Shown in pieces: positions 8,924 through 17,097 of a stretch of DNA of 32,000 bases. Below the pieces are notes generated by a model that worked only from the letters and a program-made list of their open reading frames with translations, had not been told where the DNA came from and ran no database searches. Position 1 is the first letter of the stretch, and each line of letters begins with the position of its first letter. This DNA is from Hyperthermus butylicus DSM 5456 (GTDB lineage: Archaea > Thermoproteota > Thermoprotei_A > Sulfolobales > Pyrodictiaceae), in NCBI RefSeq assembly GCF_000015145.1, contig NC_008818.1:1530001-1562000 (forward strand), in the 5' to 3' direction. A program made the position numbers and the translations under genes.

Positions 8924-8946
8924 TTTTTTTTTTTTTTTAAAAAAAA
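8924..8946. repeat. T15 followed by A8 homopolymer pair; probable oligo-T terminator for hmgA and AT-rich promoter region for the next gene
   Basis: Direct count: T at 8924-8938 and A at 8939-8946. TTTAAAT at 8965-8971 and AGGTGA (Shine-Dalgarno-like) at 8993-8998, 6 nt before the ATG at 9005. Confidence 0.6.
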
Positions 8947-9004
8947 CAATTAGAAAAAACAATGTTTAAATGGAAATAAGAATAAGAATGCAAGGTGAAC
9001 AAAC

Positions 9005-10249
9005 ATGGGAGGCAAGGTATTTTTGGTATCAGCACCGCTCCTACTTGCCGCCATGACTGCGTATATGCTTTTCGTAGCAAACTATGTGCAGCATGCCCCA
9101 CAGTGCTCCGTTACTGACAATGTAGTAAAGCTCTGTGTCAAACCAGTAAATGGTTCATCACTTACAAGAGGATGGGGGACAAGGATAGCCACCAACTATA
9201 TCGACGACAAACGATATGATGCAAATATATTTGTGATATGGTCGCCAAACCCCTGGTATCGCGTCGATGATGCACTGAGATACCTTAGGTCTAAGGGCTA
9301 CAACGTAACCACCGAAGATATTAATAAGCTCACAGTCCTCTTCGCCATAGAGGTAAAAGTGTTTAAGCCAGTAAAAACTACTCTGCCCTTCACGCTAAAT
9401 GACACCGCCACGCAGGGTCCCACTATAGTTTATGGGGAAGAGAGAAATTATGCGCTTGACGAGAAGGTGCTTGTTCTCGGCAATCCCGCGAAGGGCGTAT
9501 TCTACGCGCTGAAACTGAGAAACAACAGGATAATTGACGCTGCCAAGCTCTACCCCGTACTCGTAAACTACACTGTTCAAAGAGAAGTAGACAACTCTTC
9601 GTGTATCTCACTGGAGGAGTTTGTCAGGAAGTACCATGTTAACCATACTGTCGAGGAGCTTAGAGCCCTCGGTGTACCGGAGAAACTCTGCAACGAAGGA
9701 ATAACCATCATTGCCCGCTATAAGCTACGTCCCGCAGATGCTAACCCGGATGTATCGCGGATCTACGTGGATTTACTCGGCAAGGATGTAAACGTCCTCG
9801 ACTACTTTTACTATACGACCTATAGCGAGACAGCAAGCATAATGTCTGGTGCAGCTAAGAGCGTGGCAAAGATGACCGTATGGTGGGCAGGCACTGTCCC
9901 TGTCTACGTACGCGACGAGAGCTACTGTAAGATAGAATGGTGGGCCTACTTGCTAGGCATATGGAAGAATACAGAGTGTGACCACGCAGCCTTTATAGCA
10001 CCCTATAATGGCATTGATACTGCGCATGTTGAATGCCTCGGAAAGTTCTACTATATAGGGCCATTAGCCATAGCAACGTTCTGCGGATCAGCTAAAATAG
10101 ACGTTAACGCATACTCCGAAGAGCCCTGCCACAAGGTTTGCTCTTGTGGCGAGCTCTGCCCGTGTTCTGCAGTTAATAGCTGTCCATGTCGTTACGCGTG
10201 CGACCCCTGCCTTGGATGCACAAGATGTACACTGCTATCACACAGCTAG
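9005..10249 (+). CDS. secreted or membrane-anchored hypothetical glycoprotein with a cysteine-rich (CxC-repeat) C-terminus
   Basis: 414 aa. N-terminal hydrophobic anchor VFLVSAPLLLAAMTAYMLFVANYV, six N-x-S/T sequons, and 11 Cys in the last 40 residues (CHKVCSCGELCPCSAVNSCPCRYACDPCLGCTRC). Shine-Dalgarno-like AGGTGA upstream. Noticeably AT-richer codon usage than the flanking genes. Confidence 0.65.
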   Translation: MGGKVFLVSAPLLLAAMTAYMLFVANYVQHAPQCSVTDNVVKLCVKPVNGSSLTRGWGTRIATNYIDDKRYDANIFVIWSPNPWYRVDDALRYLRSKGYNVTTEDINKLTVLFAIEVKVFKPVKTTLPFTLNDTATQGPTIVYGEERNYALDEKVLVLGNPAKGVFYALKLRNNRIIDAAKLYPVLVNYTVQREVDNSSCISLEEFVRKYHVNHTVEELRALGVPEKLCNEGITIIARYKLRPADANPDVSRIYVDLLGKDVNVLDYFYYTTYSETASIMSGAAKSVAKMTVWWAGTVPVYVRDESYCKIEWWAYLLGIWKNTECDHAAFIAPYNGIDTAHVECLGKFYYIGPLAIATFCGSAKIDVNAYSEEPCHKVCSCGELCPCSAVNSCPCRYACDPCLGCTRCTLLSHS

Positions 10250-10706
10250 ATCTTAGTAATACGTTCACTACTAGATTCAATAGAACTCTTAACTCATATC
10301 GATATCATTAATACTTTTATTTATTTAACAACATTTTAATAGCAAGTATAGGACTAGAGTTAATAATGTTCGTCACTAAAGACACATATTATATGACTTA
10401 ATTCACTACGGTTAGTATGCATACCTCCTTACTGCATAAATGTTCTCGAGCTACTAGGCAGAAGCAAAACAAAAGAAGCCAACAAGCAGTATGAAACTAT
10501 TAACTAAGCTGCATTTGTGACCCAAGATCCTTGCAACTGACAGGCTAGCCTAGTCCGTGAAGGGGGCTACTCCAGAGTTCGCGGTTTCTTGGCGTGTATT
10601 GCCTGGGTTTACTCGCCATAATGACTTCAGCTTGTTTAGGACCTTGCTCTATTAATTTTACATCGCTGTAAAATAGCCAGAGTATGGCAGCTGCGGAGGC
10701 TACATC

Positions 10707-11003
10707 TCAGAGCCTCATGTTGAGTGTTGCTACGTAGTTGTATCCGGGGAGCGTATAGTAGGCCTTCTTTTCGACTCCCGAGAACTTGTCGTAGCCAAGG
10801 TGGATTGTTATTACGCTGCGCCCATCCGGTAGAAGTCTTGTTACGTGTATTCGCTCGTAGAGGTTGTTGAAGAGTATTCTTGGAAGTATGTCACGCTGCT
10901 CTACAAGGAATACTCGAATCTCTCACGTGCCCTCTCCTCACGTGGATCTTCAAAACCAGACCGACGTCACGTAGAAGCTTTCAAGCATTTCTCCAGTAGA
11001 CAT
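10707..11003 (-). pseudogene. decayed ORF remnant (99 codons in one frame, interrupted by three in-frame TGA codons)
   Basis: My translation: MSTGEMLESFYVTSVWF*RST*GEGT*EIRVFLVEQRDILPRILFNNLYERIHVTRLLPDGRSVITIHLGYDKFSGVEKKAYYTLPGYNYVATLNMRL*. The TGAs lie at 10950-52, 10938-40 and 10923-25. The 72-codon stop-free tail lies in a very AT-rich region, where a run that long is unlikely by chance. No family recognised. Confidence 0.3.
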
Positions 11004-11186
11004 GTACCTAGCACACCAAGCATAAAACCACCACAATGACGGTTGAGTATTAAGATTTCATGCCTAGAGGACAATCAAGCATTTACAATGCTTCCTCATG
11101 CGTAGACACCGCTCATGCCCACTCTAAGATTTTGCTCAGGACTAAGCCTAATAGCGTGGGAAATCCCACCTTATAGTGGCGGGATA

Positions 11187-11444
11187 GTGGAGATTATAGC
11201 TAGGGTTGACAAGAAGGGCAGAGTATTGATACCGAGCGAGATACGATTCCAACTCGGCATAAGAAATGCCGTTAAAATACGTGTTGAAAACAATAAGCTG
11301 ATTATAGAGCCTGTAAAGGATCCTATAGAGGCACCAGCATCAACAGTGCCTAAGGGCACCCATGACGTTGAGGCAGAGATAAACGAACTTAGACAAACTG
11401 CTGCAAGAGAGGCCATGCAGAGGCTGAGAGAACGATGGTTCTAA
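11187..11444 (+). CDS. vapB: AbrB/SpoVT-type antitoxin (VapB-like)
   Basis: ARVDKKGRVLIPSEIRFQLGIRNAVKIRVENNKLIIEPV is a typical swapped-hairpin AbrB/SpoVT domain. The likely start is the GTG at 11187 rather than the track's 11115. Its stop overlaps the ATG of the PIN gene (ATGGTTCTAA). Confidence 0.75.
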   Translation: MEIIARVDKKGRVLIPSEIRFQLGIRNAVKIRVENNKLIIEPVKDPIEAPASTVPKGTHDVEAEINELRQTAAREAMQRLRERWF

Positions 11445-11859
11445 TAGAGACAGATCTTCTGCTAGCGTTGGCCTCGATAAGCATCATAATGAGGCGGCTG
11501 AGATTGTTAGGAGAATAAGGCCTCTCCGTCTAACACCATACGCGCTGGTAAAGCTTGATCTACTGCTTCTATCCGGGCGAATAGAAGCTAAGCTGCAGGA
11601 ATTCTATGAGAGCCTCGAGGAACTACTAGCATTCTACAACATAGATATTGCTGTCCCTAAGCCAGCCCACATAGCGTTGGCCTGGAAGCTCCGCGAGACA
11701 TATGGGCTATCGTACTTTGATAGTCTCCACGCAGTAACAGCAATAGTTGAAAATGAGGCCCTAGCAAGCTATGATAAGGTGTACGCTCGTGTAAGGGAGT
11801 TAAAATACCTTCATCCCAGAAGCCTCCTAGCAGCAGATAGCAAGCATACGTTAAGCTAG
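11435..11859 (+). pseudogene. vapC: PIN-domain toxin (VapC-like) disrupted by a single-nucleotide frame change near 11476
   Basis: From the ATG at 11435 the frame gives MVLIETDLLLALAS and stops at 11518. One frame over, from 11476, it reads DKHHNEAAEIVRRIRPLRLTPYALVKLDLLLLSGR...GLSYFDSLHAVTAIVENEALASYD... through to 11859. Joined, the two pieces give a normal PIN domain of about 140 aa with an N-terminal Asp (ETD) and the FDSLH Asp. Confidence 0.65.
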
Positions 11860-12080
11860 ATTAAGCGTAGAAGGTATACGACGTAATCCGACTTATGTAG
11901 CAGCATCAACTCATATGTGCATCCAGCACATAACCTACAAGTAGCCATTAGGGAAGTTCAGTTACTAATACATCACCTGAGGCTAGCACTACTTAGTTAT
12001 GTGTAACCTAGCGGTAGGAACGCTAACAAGTAGCCTTACTATGCAGCCTCTGCCTCGTCTGCGATGGTAGCGTCTCCGTG

Positions 12081-13124
12081 TCACCATACATGTGCTGCCA
12101 GGCTGCCGTAGAGTAGTATTGAGCCTGCTACTGCGAGGCCGCGGGCGAGGCCGTAGATGCCGTAGCCTGTAGCGCCACTCTTTACCATTGCTCTTGCTAC
12201 GGTCTCGAAGCCTGCCTCTGCGACGCCGCTTGCTGCTGCAGCTGCATAGGCTAGTAGTGGTAGCGTGGGCGATGTTACTGCTAGGATGCCTCCGGCTAGG
12301 CCTACCACTGCTGGGAGGGCTACTGCGAGGCGCGGATTTGCGTCATATAGGAGGCCTATGGGTATTGCTATGAGCGCGTCTGAGAGCATAGCTATGGCAT
12401 AGATTATGAATGCTCCTTTCTCATCCACTACGCCGAGCATCTTAGCTACATGCTCTATTGCCAGTGGGCTGGCTGCAAGGGTGCCTGCTACAAGTACGTA
12501 GGCTACGCTGTGCCAGGTGCCTCGGAGGGTCTCAGCCAGATCCACGTGCCTGGGTTTCGGCACCACGCTGCGGGGATAGAGCTTCATCGCAGCCACTATG
12601 ACTGGTATTGTTAGCGCACCAGGTATGGCTAGTATCCAGAACTTTCCGAGGGACACTACTATCATTGCTATGAAGGGGCCTAGGACGGCGCCGAACTGGT
12701 CTAGGAACTCGTGCACCCCAAATACGAGACCACGTCTTTTCCCTGCTATACTGGAGAGTAGTGCATCGCGTGCTGGGGCACGTACCGCCTTGCCTATACG
12801 CTCAAGGGAGTAGCCGAGAGCCAGCATGGGGCCTCCTAGGCCAGCAACGAGTATGCCTAGCGGTATGAGCCCGTAGCCTAGGAGTATGAAGCCCCAGTAT
12901 GCCCCCAGTCTCTCAACGACCAGGCCCGTGAGGGGTCGTAGACCCCATGCTAGAACCTCGCCGACGCCTGCAACACCGCCCAGCTCCACAGTGCCAGGTA
13001 TGAGTACGGGTAGCGAGCTACGGAAACCCTCATAGCTAGCATCGCCTAGCATGCTTACGAGCCCGAATAGCGCGACAACAACAAGTATGGCGCGCAGTCC
13101 TCCACGCCGCACCGCCGTGCTCAC
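12081..13124 (-). CDS. polytopic membrane transporter, MFS-like
   Basis: 347 aa, about 10 hydrophobic segments, with a loop after the second segment (GLVVERLGAYWG) resembling the MFS D-R-x-G-R-like motif. No closer assignment is possible. Confidence 0.55.
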   Translation of the reverse strand: MSTAVRRGGLRAILVVVALFGLVSMLGDASYEGFRSSLPVLIPGTVELGGVAGVGEVLAWGLRPLTGLVVERLGAYWGFILLGYGLIPLGILVAGLGGPMLALGYSLERIGKAVRAPARDALLSSIAGKRRGLVFGVHEFLDQFGAVLGPFIAMIVVSLGKFWILAIPGALTIPVIVAAMKLYPRSVVPKPRHVDLAETLRGTWHSVAYVLVAGTLAASPLAIEHVAKMLGVVDEKGAFIIYAIAMLSDALIAIPIGLLYDANPRLAVALPAVVGLAGGILAVTSPTLPLLAYAAAAASGVAEAGFETVARAMVKSGATGYGIYGLARGLAVAGSILLYGSLAAHVW

Positions 13125-13246
13125 CTAAGAGTCTCCAAGACCAAGACCGCGCTGTCATGGGGCAGAGTTATTATATTTGAGGGAGGCCCGCGACAACTCC
13201 GGCTGGGTGCGCTCCATAGTAGTCCCGGGCGTGGAGGAGGTAGACC

Positions 13247-14236
13247 ATGCCTCCAATACTTGAGGTCCGCAACCTATATGTGCACTACTACACACTCAGA
13301 GGCATCGTCAAGGCTGTCGAGAATGTGAGCTTTACCTTGGAGCCCGGCGAGGTTCTAGGCATCGCCGGTGAGAGCGGCTGCGGCAAATCCACCCTCGCCT
13401 GGTCACTTCTACGCCTTGTGCCCCCGCCGGGCAGGATCGTGAAGGGCAGCATAATAATTGATGGCCAAGACATAGTGAATATGAGCGAGGACGAGGTAAG
13501 GGCTAGGATAAGGTGGCAGAAGATAAGCATGGTGTTTCAAGGCGCCATGAACGCTCTAAATCCGATGTACAAGGTCTGGGAGCAAATAGCAGAGCCACTC
13601 ATAGTCCACAGGGGTATGACGAAGGAGCAGGCTTACCGCCGCGCAGTTGAGGTACTAAAGCTGGTCGGCCTAGGCGAGGACATTGCTAATAGGTATCCGC
13701 ATGAGCTGAGTGGCGGGCAAAAGCAGCGCGTAGTAATAGCCATGGCCCTCGTGCTCGATCCCCCAATACTCATAGCCGATGAGCCCACCACAGCCCTTGA
13801 CACAATCATCCAGGCCCAGATACTAAACCTGCTCAAGCAGCTTAAGAACGAGCTAAACATGAGCATAATATTCATCACTCACGATCTGAGCGTCATTGCG
13901 GAGATGGCTGACAAGATCGCAATAATGTATGCTGGCCAGATAGTGGAGTATGGCCCGAGCGAGGAGATATTCAACAACCCACAGCATCCATACACGAGGG
14001 CACTCCTAAGAGCAATACCCAGGCTGAGAGGGCCAAAGGAGAAGCTACACTACATACCAGGCCAGCCACCAGACCTTCGCACACCACCGCCGGGCTGTCG
14101 CTTCGCGCCACGCTGCAGCGAGGTAATGCCAATCTGCAGGGAGCAGGAGCCACCATACTTCCAGGTCAACGAGGGCCACTTCGCAAAGTGCTGGCTACAC
14201 CGTGGCAAGCCGCAGAAGGACAGCATTGTAGACTAG
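13247..14236 (+). CDS. oligopeptide/dipeptide-type ABC transporter ATP-binding protein (OppD/DppD-like)
   Basis: Walker A GESGCGKS, signature LSGGQKQR, Walker B ILIADEPTTALD, and the C-terminal oligopeptide-type extension (NPQHPYTRALL...GCRFAPRC). GGAGGAGG Shine-Dalgarno-like element 8 nt upstream. Confidence 0.85.
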   Translation: MPPILEVRNLYVHYYTLRGIVKAVENVSFTLEPGEVLGIAGESGCGKSTLAWSLLRLVPPPGRIVKGSIIIDGQDIVNMSEDEVRARIRWQKISMVFQGAMNALNPMYKVWEQIAEPLIVHRGMTKEQAYRRAVEVLKLVGLGEDIANRYPHELSGGQKQRVVIAMALVLDPPILIADEPTTALDTIIQAQILNLLKQLKNELNMSIIFITHDLSVIAEMADKIAIMYAGQIVEYGPSEEIFNNPQHPYTRALLRAIPRLRGPKEKLHYIPGQPPDLRTPPPGCRFAPRCSEVMPICREQEPPYFQVNEGHFAKCWLHRGKPQKDSIVD

Positions 14237-15450
14237 CGGCTCGGCATTTGCTCCCCTGCCCATCCCCGCCCCCGCCGCGGGGCGGGTCGCCAAGGCCAAT
14301 CCTCCACATCGCCACCTCATTCTTTTCCTCACACCCAGCAGCGCCAACACCCATTCTCTCTGTCACGGTTTTAACGCTGAAGAGAGGTGGGAGGGTTTGG
14401 CCGCGGCCCCTAGCCGGCCCCAGGGTCATAGAGCCGCCTCCTCGGCGGCCTCACCCCGGGTGTCGGCCGAGGCCCCAAGACTCGTAGATGTAGTACATAG
14501 CGCGGGGCGGAATTAACAGCTATCCCCATGCTTCGCTAGCACCAATATAGCGTGCCACAAGGGCTATCAACACCGTGCTCCAAGCCTCCCGGCCATACCC
14601 CTCCACCGTAACGACGTGACGGGAACAGCTCATGAGCTTGGAGGTTGCTCCGAGGCTATATTGACTGCATTATTGTCCGCAGCGCTAGGCAAGGACCTGG
14701 CAACAGGAGGTGACAATACACGTCACATCGCCAGCAAGCTAGGAAGAGAGTTCAGCATCAACAAAGTCCACCCCCACGGGACCTGGTAGACTATGTGCTC
14801 ATGTCTTGCGGGGGAAGCATTAACCCCACCCGCCCAGGGCTGTCTACATGAAGCCCCGCGGGCGAAGCCGCCGCAAGCGGCGGGTTGTGAGCCCGCGGTC
14901 TGGGGGCGCCCGTAGAATCCCACTTACTCTGCCACAGTAACCTTAGCCTCGTAGTTTTTGGTGACAGATGCGACAACGGTCCACGGGGCTGCAAGACATC
15001 GCTTCACGTGTATCTCCAAAACATCGTTGACATGGGCTTCTGGAACATACTATGCGCTAAACGCCTTGCCCAGTGTTTTATAATCTTGATCATCTAGCTG
15101 TGCGGCACCTAGCGCTCGTAGAAGTAGCTAAAGCCCCGGAATATGTTTCGAGGAGCTTTATGGAGCCGGGTATGCTGTAGAATGGTTAGACTGTTTTCGG
15201 GTCAGCCTCGAGGTGTACGGCCTGGCCCCGGGCTGAGGCTGGAGCGACGCTGGAACAATTATCCCGATACATGGTAGGCATCTATGATGTAGTTTATGCT
15301 CGTCTGACAGAGGAGCTTGACACAAACCTATACACTGCTAACGATGCACAGCCTGAGAAGCTAAGGGGGGGCGTAGGACTGAACTACACATAGCAGATAA
15401 CGGAGTACGACAAGCCGTAGTATAACAGTGCAGACACCATACCAGCTTAG
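14237..15450. other. 1.2 kb region without credible ORFs; the GC-rich left part (about 14240-15000) carries multiple strong hairpins; candidate structured RNA(s) or decayed genes
   Basis: The only ORFs here translate to Pro/Arg/Gly-rich nonsense. Hairpins I can read directly: CCCGCC-GCGG-GGCGGG (14271-14286), GCCGCC-UCCUC-GGCGGC (14433-14449), GGGG-9 nt-CCCC (14811-14827), and the long hairpin at 14854-14903. Confidence 0.4.
14854..14903. other. 50-nt extended hairpin with an asymmetric purine-rich internal loop
   Basis: Outer stem of 8 bp, CCGCGGGC (14856-14863) with GCCCGCGG (14891-14898). Internal loop GAAG versus GUUGUGA. Inner stem of 6 bp, CCGCCG (14868-14873) with CGGCGG (14878-14883), capped by CAAG. 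Two further C-G pairs lie beyond a UCU bulge. Confidence 0.5.
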
Positions 15451-16371
15451 GTGCTTGAGGTTGACCACAGCTTGGCCCGGGTAGTCTACGTCACTGGCGA
15501 GGGGCGCCTTGCAAACCTCTCCTCAGCCGCCTCGGTCGTCGTAACCGTTTTGCTCGCAGCTGCTCTCTCCGGCTCGCTACGCGCTACGCTGTATATCCTC
15601 CTCATGTTCACCGTGCTCACACTGATATTGTATATGGCACGAAGACTCTTTACTAGAGGCGTCGAAGCAAAGCTGAAGGAGATCATAGCAAGTATGAGCA
15701 GTTCGACACTCACCTTCGCAGAGATCATCGAGGCCGAGATAGGGAAGCTAGTTTCGCGCGGCTTCTGGGCCAGACTAAGCGGCTACCAGCGCACCGTCGA
15801 GTTCCACCCAGAGCAGAAGACAAGGCTCGACAAGCTGGTGCTCGAGCAGAAGCAATTCCTGACAGTAATTGGCAGCGACGGCTCCGGCGTGCTCCAGCTC
15901 CCCGCAGTGAAGCTCCGAAAGAGGGGCTACGAGGATGTCATAGTAGCCTACGCTGCACCGGGACTCTTCCGCGTCGAGCCAGACAGCTTCAACGTGCTAA
16001 CCGGCGACGATTACGTAGAGGTAAGCTTTGAGAGGGAAGCCCGGCACCTAAGTGGAACCGTAACAGCCCTCCTCACAAAGGCTAGGAAGGTCACCGTGGA
16101 GCTGGTGTACGAGAGTGGGAAACAGCACCGTGTCAAGCTGTTCTCGGGCCGCGAGAGCCGCAGAATAGAGTACATGGGGCTTACCGAACCACTAGTCATC
16201 ATAGGCCCCGTGAAAGCTGTAACACCACTAGTACTCAAGGAGAAGCTCAAGCTGAAAAATACGCTACTAGCAGGCTACGGCGAGTTCAAGCTGAGAATAG
16301 TACTCCACATGCCCCGTGGCCGCCGCATAACAAAAGCCTTTACACTTCGCCTTAAACCCCTGCAACGCTAG
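15451..16371 (+). CDS. hypothetical membrane-anchored protein
   Basis: 306 aa, GTG start. Two N-terminal hydrophobic segments (VVVTVLLAAALSG, LYILLMFTVLTLILYM) are followed by a beta-rich soluble region. No motif recognised. Confidence 0.5.
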   Translation: MLEVDHSLARVVYVTGEGRLANLSSAASVVVTVLLAAALSGSLRATLYILLMFTVLTLILYMARRLFTRGVEAKLKEIIASMSSSTLTFAEIIEAEIGKLVSRGFWARLSGYQRTVEFHPEQKTRLDKLVLEQKQFLTVIGSDGSGVLQLPAVKLRKRGYEDVIVAYAAPGLFRVEPDSFNVLTGDDYVEVSFEREARHLSGTVTALLTKARKVTVELVYESGKQHRVKLFSGRESRRIEYMGLTEPLVIIGPVKAVTPLVLKEKLKLKNTLLAGYGEFKLRIVLHMPRGRRITKAFTLRLKPLQR

Positions 16372-16513
16372 AAGACAGTACCAGGGGATGCGGAAACCGC
16401 TGGGAGCACCCTCGGCGCAGACCCGGGGGAGGAGACCCGGGGCTGATGACTGGAGGGGATTACCGAGCCCCAAGATCCTCACAGCATACTAGCCCCTCCC
16501 TCAAGGCCATTCG

Positions 16514-17092
16514 TTACTTCTTGCCCAGCTGGCGTATGCCCTGGGCTAGTCTCTGGATCACCGTGGCCCATGAGGCTGCCGCAAGTATCGCGTAGAGCTT
16601 CTCGGCTATGTCTAGTCCTGTGAACCCATGCACTATGAGGACCAATGCTTGTGCCGCGACTCTATCGCTTCTTTCAAGGAGGCCTATACCCTCCATGGAT
16701 TTCCCGGTGAGGCTTTCGTAGCGTGCTCTCGTGTAGCTTGTTACCAGTGCTCCGGAGAGGAATGCAAGAACAAATAGGGGGTTGTAGCCCAGTAGGAGGA
16801 AGCCAAGCGCGTAGACCGTGTCGGTTATCCTGTCGAGAACGCTATCTAGGAAAGCTCCGCGGGGGCCTGCTTCGCCACGTAGCCTTGCTACTGCACCGTC
16901 GAGAGCATCTAGGAGCCCACTAGCGGCGAGCATTACGGCTGCTGCTATGGGCTTGCCGCTACTGCATGGTGCGAGGTAGGCTAGGGCTGCGGCGAGGCCC
17001 AGGACCGTGTATACGTCGGCTGGTAGCAGTGCAAGGGGCTTGGCTGCTCTCGCGAATAGGCCTGCTACCTGGCGGCGGAGTTTTCCCAGCAT
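16514..17092 (-). CDS. CDP-alcohol phosphatidyltransferase family enzyme (archaeal polar-lipid head-group synthase, e.g. archaetidylinositol-phosphate synthase-like)
   Basis: Exact family motif D-x2-D-G-x2-A-R-x8-G-x3-D-x3-D in LDALDGAVARLRGEAGPRGAFLDSVLDRITD. 192 aa polytopic membrane protein. Starts 5 nt after the stop of the NurA-like gene. Confidence 0.8.
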   Translation of the reverse strand: MLGKLRRQVAGLFARAAKPLALLPADVYTVLGLAAALAYLAPCSSGKPIAAAVMLAASGLLDALDGAVARLRGEAGPRGAFLDSVLDRITDTVYALGFLLLGYNPLFVLAFLSGALVTSYTRARYESLTGKSMEGIGLLERSDRVAAQALVLIVHGFTGLDIAEKLYAILAAASWATVIQRLAQGIRQLGKK

Positions 17093-17097
17093 GCCGG

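Noticed and set aside
10923-10952. Selenocysteine or other TGA recoding as an explanation for the three in-frame TGAs
   Set aside because: Crenarchaeote-like genomes are not known to use Sec. Three TGAs within 10 codons inside a repeat-containing segment look like an insertion or decay, and no downstream structured element is evident.
14880-14896. tRNA-like anticodon stem-loop GCGGG-UUGUGAG-CCCGC (anticodon GUG on +; CAC on the complement)
   Set aside because: No acceptor, D-arm or T-arm (no GTTCRANYC-like loop) can be built around it on either strand. The element is better explained as part of the longer 14854-14903 hairpin.
14763-14937. RNase P RNA-like strings AAAGUCC (14763-14769) and UGCCACAG (14930-14937)
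   Set aside because: There is no GAGGAAAGUCC core. I found no complementary P4 3' strand (ACAGAA..GGCUUA-like) and no GGGUAAGGGUGAAA-type block on either strand, so I could not assemble a canonical secondary structure by eye. An Infernal search is needed before any call.
14166-14994. ORFs 14166..14429(-), 14188..14487(+), 14723..14923(-) and 14791..14994(-) in the GC-rich gap
   Set aside because: The translations are dominated by Pro, Arg, Gly and Ala with no hydrophobic core pattern. They overlap one another on both strands, which fits chance open frames in GC-rich non-coding DNA.
16443-16449. CUGAUGA C-box-like motif in the convergent intergenic region 16372-16513
   Set aside because: No CUGA D or D' box follows within 60 nt and there is no C' box, so it is not a C/D box sRNA. 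A similar AUGAUGU...CUGA at 15285-15309 lacks a properly spaced C'/D pair.
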